From: Batkoa obscura
Lineage: Eukaryota
NCBI GenBank assembly: GCA_030770535.1
Contig: JASVEC010000015.1
Coordinates: 930,001 to 994,000, forward strand
Length of the DNA: 64,000 nt
Reading direction: 5' to 3'
A model generated the notes under the pieces. That model was not told where the DNA came from and did no database searches. It saw only the letters and a program-made list of their open reading frames with translations. Below, piece after piece: positions 25,137 to 34,572 of this stretch. Both the position numbers and the translations under genes were made by a program. Every line of letters starts with the position of its first letter. Position 1 is the first letter of the stretch.

Positions 25137-26599
25137 ATGGTCACTCATTCTGGAATCCAAGGTAGTGTTGAGTAGGAACAATAGATAAATATTTAATATT
25201 TAATATTTATTAGTTGCAGATAAATTAATTGAAGCCTTAAACGAACCTTATCAAGTTATTGTTGCAAAAATAAGTGAGGTGGAATCTGAAGAGACAAGTA
25301 ATAAAGAGTTAAAAGTAACTTTAGAATATGTAAAAAATGAACAAGAAGATAAAAAAAGTAAGCTAATAAACAAATATATTAAGTCAAGACAATTAAGTTT
25401 AAAAAAAGTTAATTTTGACGAGTTTAGTTATTTAAAAGGAAAAGAATGTTTCTATTTATTTATTAAGCTAAACCAACTCAATTATTCTTTTTTTGTTAAC
25501 TTTATTAATGAGGAGTGTATGGTATGTTGAATTTATTAGTAACAAGACCACTTTTTTAATTTTGCATTTTATTTAGGTTCGAGAGAAAATGTTGTATGCT
25601 TCAACACAAAGTAACTTACTTAAAGAAATAGGTGAAAATAGGTTCGACATCAAATTGAGATTAAGTGAAAAGGTAAGTTATTTAATTTATGTCATACATT
25701 TTATTAATCATTATAACAAAAGGAAGAGCTAAACTATTCCAGTTTAGTTAGTTATACTAAAAATGAGGAAGAAAATAGTAATGAGAGTACTACCAAAGAA
25801 GTAACTTTATTTTTATATTTAAGATATGATATAGCTTATAAATTTATACTAGCTAATTACTAACTTTGTTGATACTACTACTAAAAATGTATTAAGTAAG
25901 TTTGAAGTAAAATATGATATAGAGGTAGAAAAAGGGATTCAAAGCTATATTGATAAATCTGTTTTTTGGTTTTTCTTGGTACTATTTTGTTTTATAAGAA
26001 TAAAAATTATATTTATTTATATGCTTACTAACATATCAAATAACTGACAGAGTATCAATCCTAATGATGAAGCCATTCACTGTTCGATACCAGAAGACAG
26101 TGTCATTTTAGATGTCACTAATTTAATTTATTTATTTCCAACAGATACACCAAGTTATGTCGTTTATAAATATCAATTAAATGAAACTTTTTACAATGGT
26201 AATTTTAATATAAAATATTGATTATTTTTAATTTTTAATTTAAGTGTTTATTTACTCATGCCCAAGTAAAAGTTTACTTAAAGACAAAATGTTATATTCG
26301 TCCACACGTAATGCCATTGTTAATAAGTTAAATCAACACGGCATAAAGTTAGATATTAAGGTAATCTAGCTTGTAGCTAATAGTAATTGAAAGTAATATT
26401 TTGTTTATAGATTGAAATTGATGATCCTTATGAATTAAATGAAAATGAAATTAAAGAGCGTATCCCAAAACAAAAGGAAGAAGATATTACACCCACTACT
26501 AATTTTATTAGTGATACCCCTAAGTTTCAAGTTCAAAAGCCAGAATCAAAAAGTGGAACTGGCCCAAGGCCACGCTCTAGAAAACCTAAAAATCTTTGA
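25137..26599 (+). CDS. TWF1: Twinfilin (two ADF-H domains), multi-exon
   Basis: MVTHSGIQ start, VREKMLYAST, FIYSCPSKSLLKDKMLYSSTR, IEIDDP.EL, and a basic C-terminal tail. Confidence 0.88.
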
Positions 26600-27589
26600 A
26601 GTTAAGTTTTATTATTATTGTTTTCTATAACCTACCAAAAAATAAAACAAACTAGTTAATTTTTATTACTACAATAACTGATTATTAAACCATTAAATCA
26701 TGTATAAGGCTTCGAGCTATTTATTAAATGATGAAAATGTTGTTTATATTTTATGTTTTAAAGTATATAGTTGATTTGTATTAATAAGTTTTCGCTATAT
26801 AACCAATGAAGTTTTATATTTTGGAATAAATTGAATGACACCATAAAACACAAAAGAATAATAGTTTGATAGAGCTAGAGCTGAACAATATAATAGATTG
26901 TCAATGGTTTTTTGTAACGTCATTTGATCTTTTATAGTGTAAAGTTATGTGTCTGTGTATAAGTGTTAGTGGCTATAATAAAACTGATATTTAAAAGATA
27001 TATTAAATATGACATAAAAGTTAATATCGGAAAATAGATAAATTTATTTGGAATATCTCTAAAATAACAGTTATCTGTTCGGTGCTTGGAAAAGTAACCT
27101 TGAATGTTTTTTCTGGGTCTTGACTTTATATTTCTAATAACTATAGATTCTACAATGATTTCTTTGTAAGGAGTTTTTTTATTCCTACATAAATAAGCGT
27201 ATTACTAATATTTTCGGCCAATGAGTATTTTAAAGAAAAACAACAGCTTACCATACATTAAAACTCCAATTTTGAATCACCTAATTAAACTAATGTTGTA
27301 TAAAAAAATACTTCATGTTAACATGAGCATAGGTGTCAGATTTGGGTTTTATCAAGAAACAAATGATCATTAAAATTAGATACTATTAATTCAATTTGAA
27401 CATATAATTGAGTGCAAAATAATGGACCTATGTGACTTTTCAATTGTTAGAATTTATAATTCGTAAAAATAGTGACAACCAATCAAACATTTAAATTCAC
27501 ATTATTTATATTCAATTAATAGTCTCTATTAAAACTTGCACCAGCTGTTAGGAGGTTGAATGTATCTGTTATCTTGTACTTAGTTATAT

Positions 27590-27687
27590 GGGAGTGTTTT
27601 TTTGATTTCATTACTTTTTCCATTTTTTAAGCACTATTTAAGCGGAAAATTTGATAGTAAAATTCTTGAATACAAAAATACATCCTC
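27590..27687 (+). mobile_element. MITE family A, copy 7
   Basis: gggagtg...catcctc; TSD atat/atat. Confidence 0.9.
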
Positions 27688-27998
27688 ATATGTTTAAATC
27701 GAATTAGTAGTAATTGATTAAAATAGCATAAATTAAAATATTAAATTTTATTTTGCCATTAGAAATGTACGTAAAATTCCTTTTTAAATGTTGATGCTAG
27801 TTTAAGGGGTCGATAAGCTAAGGCGGCATTTTACTATAAGGTTTCAATTTTAAGTTACCCCGTTTTATTACATAAACTAAGGATCATAATGATCATATTT
27901 TGACATCGGATAAAGATAAACAATTAAATTCCGGCTGATATTATCATAACTACCTATAGTATATAAATCAATAAATAAGATAATCATCAAACAATCAA

Positions 27999-29567
27999 AT
28001 GTTATATTTATTTTTATTTTTATTGCCAGTATTGACCTATGGTCTTTATAGCATTTTTTATGTACCAAAGCGTTACCAACACTTAAAAAGAACTTCATTC
28101 TTAAATTTTATAACTACCATATATAGCAAAGTATCGATAGTTGAAAGGTTTGAGAGTGTTTATCGACCAAATTTAAACAAGCAAGGTTATTCACTTCTTT
28201 GGCAACCAAGAGCATGGAATCTAGTTGTAACCGAGTACAAGATAATTAAGGAGATCGTTTTAAACACTGACACATTTCATAAGAAACCAGAATCTCAACG
28301 CGATTATGGTCAATTAGGTTTCAAGCTTTTTGGAAAATCAAATATTGTCTCTTCAGATAAAGAAGAATGGAAACACCACCGTAAAGCTATTAATCCAGCA
28401 TTTAAAAAATCATGGAACAATGATATCTTTTCTCAAAGTGGGTATGAGCTTATTGATAAAATTGAATCTAGAAACGGGGAGCCTACGGTTATGCACTCTA
28501 TGTTTCAACAATTAACTTTAGATGTTTTAGGGCGTGGCTTATTTAGCTATGATTTTTTTGCCTTAAAAAATGGGGATAAAGATTTAAATTTGCTATATTA
28601 CAAGGATGCCATGAAGGGGATATTTAACCCGATTTACTTTATTTTCCCTTTCTTAGATTTTATAGCACCAAAAGTATTACGTTCACGTAAATTGACTCAT
28701 GAAAAAAGTCAACATTTTAAAGAGTTCTTGGAAGGCATTATTGATGGTAAAAGAAGAGAAGTTGAATCTGGCGTAGTAAAAGACGATATTGTATCTTTAA
28801 TGGTTCGTGATTCTATCGAAAATGAAGCAGATGGATTAACAAATGAAGAAATTTTCCATAACTTAACTGTTTTCTTTATTGCTGGTCATGACACTACTGC
28901 CAACACCCTTACCTCTACCTTGTATTTTTTAGCCAAACACCAAGTAAGTAAATCTTATTGTAATGGTTATAAATATTAATTTTTTAATAGGATATCCAAG
29001 ATAAAGCCCGTCAAGAAGTTTTAGCTACTTTAGGAGATTCAAAAGAAGTCAAAGCCCCAACCAATGACCAACAGAAGGAACTAGACTATCTTACTTGTAT
29101 TATTAAAGAAAGCATGCGTATATCTCCAACTGTGAATATGCTAAGAAGATTTGCTGCTAAAGATGTGACTTTAAGTGATGGGACTCAAGTAAAAAAGGGC
29201 GATATGGCTAGTTTAATGGTATATTTCCATCATCGAAATCCTGAATATTTCCCAGAGCCTGAGAAATTTAACCCAGATAGATTTAAGGATCCTCATGGTA
29301 CAGCATCAAATGTATGGATGCCTTTTGGTATGGGAACAAGGATATGTAAGCTTTAAATTTTTGTTATGTATTCAAATATTAAAATAGCTTTTAGGTGTTG
29401 GATTAAACTTTTCCTTAATTGAACAGAAAGTCATACTTTCAATGTTACTACAGAAATACATCATTCGTCTAGGTCCTAATTGTAAACAATGGACCAATCC
29501 TAAATATAACTCTACCGGGTTTTTACATGTGGAGAACGCTGATATATCATTTACTCCAAGAATTTGA
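27999..29567 (+). CDS. Cytochrome P450, 3 exons
   Basis: N-terminal TM anchor, FFIAGHDTTA (I-helix), ESMR (ExxR), PDRF, and PFGMGTRIC (heme Cys, split by an intron). Confidence 0.97.
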
Positions 29568-30272
29568 TTTTTGTATTTTCGATCAAATAGCTTATAAGTT
29601 ATCTTATGGTTTTAAAATAAATTGCTTTTTAAACCTAATGCACACACTAATCATTGGAAATGATGTATAGTTGTATTTTTAAATATTAGTCTCCATAGGA
29701 GTAATTTATAGTCGTTTTAAAATGTTCAATAGCAAGCATAAGCTTGTTTGCGAATATTAGAGTATAAAAGCTATATATGAAATTATTTAGCTATATTGAA
29801 TACTAACATTTCTTAATGTTTATCCTTATTTTAGATTAGATCAGATTAGATTAGTTATTAGCTTGTCTGAATAATGTGTAATTATCGCAATATGCAGACT
29901 CACTATCAGCATAAAAGTCACTATTTCCAGAATTACTATAGTTTAGTTAAAAGTATTAAAATAATGCTACTAATAAATTAAAAAATTTGTCAACTCAAAC
30001 CTTTATAGTTTTAACAAAATAATGGAAATTGTAGAAGCTAACTTCATAATATAAGCTTTAAAAAATATATAATCATATGAATTTATGTCAATTTTTATAA
30101 TCTTAGTTAAATTAGATAGTAATATATATAACAATTTAAAAATAAATAAACAATGAAAAATATTGTTTTATAATTGAAACTCGGTTGAATTTACTATAGG
30201 TTTTGTCAGGTTTGTTCCGAAGTTAGTTGCATTAAAATAAATATTTATAACCAAATGGCATGATAACTAAAA

Positions 30273-30345
30273 GGGGAACTAGCTCAGATGGTAGAGCGCT
30301 CGCTTAGCATGCGAGAGGCACCGGGATCGATGCCCGGGTTCTCCA
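30273..30345 (+). tRNA. tRNA-Ala(AGC)
   Basis: Cloverleaf GGGGAAC/GTTCTCC with G3:U70, anticodon arm CTCGC-TTAGCAT-GCGAG, discriminator A. Confidence 0.97.
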
Positions 30346-30356
30346 TAAAACCATGT

Positions 30357-30454
30357 GAGGATGTTTTTTTTGATTTCATTACTTTTCCATTTTTTAAGCG
30401 TTATTCGAGTGGAAAGATTGTTAGTAAAATTCTCAAACAAAAAAATACATTCTC
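30357..30454 (+). mobile_element. MITE family A, copy 8 (11 bp downstream of tRNA-Ala)
   Basis: gaggatg...cattctc; flanks atgt/atat. Confidence 0.88.
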
Positions 30455-30658
30455 ATATCTTTACCTTTTTATATAAAGGTTATAAAATAAACAATGATAT
30501 TTAAAAATATTTAAATTGACTTCATTTTTTTATAAAATTTTGCTAAGAAATATTTATTATTAACTGCTTTATAACCAACAATTAAAGATTTGCTATCAAT
30601 TGAATAAATCATTTTAATGCTATAATTATGTTATTAATATATTATCAAGTTAGTAAAT

Positions 30659-30755
30659 GGAAATGTATTTTTTGCTTCATCACTTTTTCCATTTTTAAAC
30701 GCTATTTCAACAGAAAGAGTGTTAGTAAAATTCTTAAACAAAAAAATGTATTCTC
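30659..30755 (+). mobile_element. MITE family A, copy 9 (diverged)
   Basis: Consensus match; non-palindromic TSD aaat/aaat. Confidence 0.85.
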
Positions 30756-30801
30756 AAATAATTGTATAAAAAGGAATAGTTAGCTTTAAAACTATAACTA
30801 A

Positions 30802-31263
30802 TGTGAGATCGCTTTGTCAGTTCCATTATTGATTATAACATAACAATCACTTAACTTGTTATGATCTCGAGTCCAGAGACAACCAATCCCATGCTCTTAG
30901 TTTGATTTGCAATGAGAATTTCTGTCATATGACTTTGCAGAATATTGTCTCCTCGTTTTGATATCCATACTTGCTGGGGTATAAGAGAGACTCTAGAACA
31001 TAGTAATTCGAGGCTTTTTAATTGAATTATTCCCTAATATCCCATACATTTAATAAAGCCACTAAGTTTTCTTAATAGTATCTTATGTAGCTTTTACATT
31101 AGTATTGTCTATTCTATTTGTCTTATAGTCTGTAATATATTATGTGCTGTTCTTCATAGTTCAAGTCCATCTTAGTCACATAAACTAAGGCCTTTCAACT
31201 TGCAGCATAGTCAATCAGGCAATAGCTGTTTTTGACTCCAATCACTCAGTACCAGATCTCACA
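30802..31263 (+). mobile_element. Solo LTR (~462 bp), copy 2
   Basis: Perfect 9-bp terminal inverted repeat tgtgagatc...gatctcaca. TATA-like tataag followed by aataaa. Reverse-complement homolog of 22288-22751. No TSD or PBS seen. Confidence 0.8.
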
Positions 31264-31644
31264 AGCTATTAAGTATAACTATTAGAAAAAGACAATACCC
31301 TTTATAATTAGATGATAAATACTTTTATATCAAATTAAAGTAAAAAAAACTCTGAATTGATTATGTTATATAAACCACAGTTAAATTAACTATAAAACTA
31401 GCTATATTCTTATAAATAAATTAGATAGTTATTATTATTATTACTATATTAATAATCATAAAGCTGATAAAGTGATATTGTATAATTTATAAAAATCTTA
31501 AATTTTAAAATTAGCTAATTAATATTTTTTATTTTATCTAATGCTTTAAAACTATCTTTCTATTATGAAAGATTCTTAGAATACTTATCAATTTATTATT
31601 ATTATTATAATGTTTAGTAAAAAAGCTCAGGTCAATTCTTAAAT

Positions 31645-31739
31645 GAGGATTTATTTTTTCAAGAATTTTACTAATAATTTTTTCGCTCAGATAGCACTTA
31701 ATAAGAGAAAAAGTGATGAGGCCAAAAAAAAACACCTCC
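31645..31739 (-). mobile_element. MITE family A, copy 10 (diverged)
   Basis: Reverse orientation; flanks aaat/gaat. Confidence 0.82.
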
Positions 31740-32007
31740 GAATTATTTATTTTATAGATTTTTTTAAATATGTAGTATCAAAACTTCTAGAATTTAAAAT
31801 AATTTTCTGCATCTGCTTGTATATTGTTTTTTTTTCATTATTAAAAAATTATTTTCTTTTTAAATAACTTTTTTTAGTTATATATTAAGCATATATATTA
31901 TATAAAGTTGTTTTTCTGCTACATTTTTAAACTTATTTAATAAATATTTGAAAAATATTGATTTAGCTATCATTTTATCTTCCAAATCATTAAAACATGT
32001 ACTATGT

Positions 32008-32105
32008 AGGGATGTATTTTTGTATTTAACAATTTTACTAACAAATTTTCCGCTTAAATAGCACTTAAAAGATAGAAGAAATAATGAAACCAAAAAAATA
32101 CCCCC
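32008..32105 (-). mobile_element. MITE family A, copy 11
   Basis: Reverse orientation; flanks atgt/atat. Confidence 0.88.
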
Positions 32106-32287
32106 ATATACTATTTAATAAATACTTATTATTTTTATTTTTATTATTAAATTTTGATAAAATAGTTAAATTATTAAGTGAATATCATACAATAATTTTA
32201 GTTTATTCATTTCTAGTTATTTATATTTTAAACAGTAAGTTATAATACTAGTATTTTTTATTATTAATTGTTTTTAAAGAATCATAT

Positions 32288-32382
32288 GAGAGTGTTTTTT
32301 TAGTTTCATCACTTTTTCCATTTTTTAAGCACTATGAACGAAAAGATTGTTAGTAAAATTCTTAAACATAAAAATACATCAC
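32288..32382 (+). mobile_element. MITE family A, copy 12
   Basis: gagagtg start, small deletions; TSD atat/atat. Confidence 0.87.
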
Positions 32383-32437
32383 ATATTGGTTTTCATTTGT
32401 ATTAAGTTTAAAACTTTCATATTTATTAAAAAGATAT

Positions 32438-32536
32438 GGGAGTGTTTTTTTTGACTTCATTATTTCTTCCATTTTTTAAGCACTATTTAAGCGGAAAATT
32501 TGTTAGCAAAATTCTTAAATACAAAAATACATCCCC
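32438..32536 (+). mobile_element. MITE family A, copy 13 (first unit of a tandem dimer)
   Basis: TSD atat/atat; the right atat is shared with copy 14. Confidence 0.9.
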
Positions 32537-32540
32537 ATAT

Positions 32541-32638
32541 GAAGATGTTTTTTTTGATTTTATTACTTTTCTGTTTTTTAAGCACTATTTGAACCGAAAA
32601 ATTGTTAGTAAAATTCTTAAACACAAAAATACATCCCC
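32541..32638 (+). mobile_element. MITE family A, copy 14 (second unit of a tandem dimer)
   Basis: gaagatg...catcccc followed by atat. Confidence 0.9.
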
Positions 32639-32952
32639 ATATACTTAATAGTCATTTTTTTTAGTTTAGCTAATTCTTAAGCACTAAAAATATTACTTAT
32701 CTTTGGAAATATACTTTTAGTCTTATAATTTAATATAACTAAATAAAAAATAGCTTTAATTAATAATTTAGATTTATGTTATTTTATTTACTTTTTATTA
32801 ATTGACTACTTTTTAAAATATTAACAAAAGCTATTTATTAAAAATTAAGCCATTATTAAAAGGTTTGTAAAATTGGATTTTCTACTATAGTTAATAGTTT
32901 GCTTGCTATTATTTTTGCTTAAAAAAAGTTATTCCTGGGAATACTTAATAAT

Positions 32953-33027
32953 ATGTATTTTTGTTCAAGAACGCTATTTGAGTGGAAAAATTGTTAGTAA
33001 AATTCCTAAACACAAAAATACATCCCC
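32953..33027 (+). mobile_element. MITE family A, rearranged partial copy 15
   Basis: The right half of the element is preceded by an inverted piece of the right end (atgtatttttgttcaagaa). Confidence 0.75.
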
Positions 33028-33042
33028 ATATTCTAAAAAAGT

Positions 33043-33119
33043 AAGGATTTTAGTAACAATTTTTCCACCCAAATAGCGCTCTTAAAAGATGGAAAAGTGA
33101 TGAAGCCAAAAACATCCCT
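33043..33119 (-). mobile_element. MITE family A, truncated copy 16
   Basis: Reverse orientation, right TIR missing, terminal tccctata duplicated. Confidence 0.78.
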
Positions 33120-34014
33120 ATATCCCTATATGCAGTTTGAAAAGAACACCAATAAAATTTAAGATTTTTAAAATTAAGCATAAATAATTAGTTAACACAA
33201 AATTTAGCTAATTTTGAATCTAAGTTGAAAAAAATAGTTTTTAATACTTGAATTTATTTTATTTTTTAGGATTTCTAAAAACTACTCTATAATGGTATTT
33301 GGGGGTTAAAATATCGAACTCTTTTGTTTGAAATCATGTAGTTGAGGATCGATAGAGTATTAGTCAAAATAAAACCGACCCAAATAGTTCGGTTTGTAAT
33401 AGTACTTGTTAAATAATTGGGATATCTTGTTTAAAATGATATACAATTGTTTTAATATATTAAAATAATACATAAAAATAAGCCAAATATGCCGCTTTTA
33501 TAGTTTTTATATTATTAAAAATAAACAGTTTTTAAGTTGTCTGGGGAGCTTTTCTATGTACAAAATTTATTTAGCTTACTATAAAGATGCTTTTTAAGTC
33601 GTTTTGTTGATTTAACTCTTAAATATATCATAAGGAAGATTATTTAATACTTCTTTTTGTAATAAAAACAATTTCTATATTGGAGCTCATGAATATTAAA
33701 ATAAAATAAAAATATATATTAAGTCCCATTTTATCTGCATAATAAATATTACTTTTAAACATAGCTTTTTAATTAATAATTTTAACTTTATTACATTTAT
33801 AATTTTGAGAATATAGAAATTTAACTATTTACCCTCAAGCAATGCTATTAAATTTATGCTATATTGTAAGTTTTTCAATCAATATATATTCTTAAAAATA
33901 AAAAAGAGGTTGTATCATATTATTTAAAAATTTATTCAAGCCATGCATTATTTATAATGTTTAAAAAAAGGATAAGGGAAGAGGCGGTTAGTAAAAAGGA
34001 AGCGGGAGCTTAAG

Positions 34015-34572
34015 CTAAAAATTAAAGGAGTAGGGTAAAGGGTTATAAACATTCATACTAATTTTAGGTTCAACAGGCCTTGGTGCGGTATAATCTGGAT
34101 GCATACGGTAGTCCCAATAATTGTTTTGGTGAACATGATGACCGTGAATTGTTTTTTTATTACTTGTGCCTTCCAATGGACCTGGTTGAAAATTTTTGGA
34201 CTTTCTATTATTATGTGTGCGATAATGTTGCATCATATTGTCTTGACGTGAAAACTTGGCTTCACAACTAGGTAATAAACATTTGTAATTTTTTTCACCA
34301 GTATGGATACGATCATGTCTTGCTAAATGACCAGAGGTGGTAAAGGTAGCATTACAATTCGTTCGCTTACAGATGTAGACTTTATTATTCTTTTTTTGAA
34401 TGCCAGTTACTTTGGGCTCTATTTTCTTTTTGGCATTCGTTGGTGAGCTAGAACGATTGGTATTGGTGCTACTGGAATAACCAGTATTACTTGTAGTTTC
34501 ACGGTTATTTAGGGTTATGTTATCTTGTAAAAGATTTATTAAAGGGGGTAAATTATTAGAAAAGTCCATCAT
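34015..34572 (-). CDS. NRG1: Two-finger C2H2 transcription factor, Nrg1-like repressor
   Basis: C..C...FTTSGHLARHDRIHTGEKNYKC....C..KFSRQDNMMQHYRTH is the Nrg1/Nrg2-type finger pair. First ATG at 34572. Confidence 0.8.
   Translation of the reverse strand: MMDFSNNLPPLINLLQDNITLNNRETTSNTGYSSSTNTNRSSSPTNAKKKIEPKVTGIQKKNNKVYICKRTNCNATFTTSGHLARHDRIHTGEKNYKCLLPSCEAKFSRQDNMMQHYRTHNNRKSKNFQPGPLEGTSNKKTIHGHHVHQNNYWDYRMHPDYTAPRPVEPKISMNVYNPLPYSFNF

Noticed and set aside
30273..30454. tRNA-derived SINE (tRNA head plus repeat body)
   Set aside because: The tRNA is intact, the other 15 repeat copies lack a tRNA head, and the repeat has its own TIRs and TSD.
22288..31263. Full-length LTR retrotransposon
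   Set aside because: The LTRs are inverted, there is no PBS/PPT or gag/pol, and the interior consists of host genes.
32436..32648. 70-aa ORF with an internal repeat, and related ORFs at 30288-30476, 31538-31735, 31643-31867 and 31878-32093
   Set aside because: These are translations of MITE copies (and of the tRNA). Frames are not preserved among copies because the T-runs vary.
20918..33123. CRISPR-like array reading of the ~98-bp repeats
   Set aside because: Eukaryotic context, repeats too long, both orientations, irregular spacing, TIRs and TSDs present, no cas genes.
33372..33403. Hairpin aaaccga-N10-tcggttt followed by atag|t, resembling a Helitron 3' end
   Set aside because: The terminus is not CTRR, the stem is AT-rich, and there is no second copy or 5' TC end in view.
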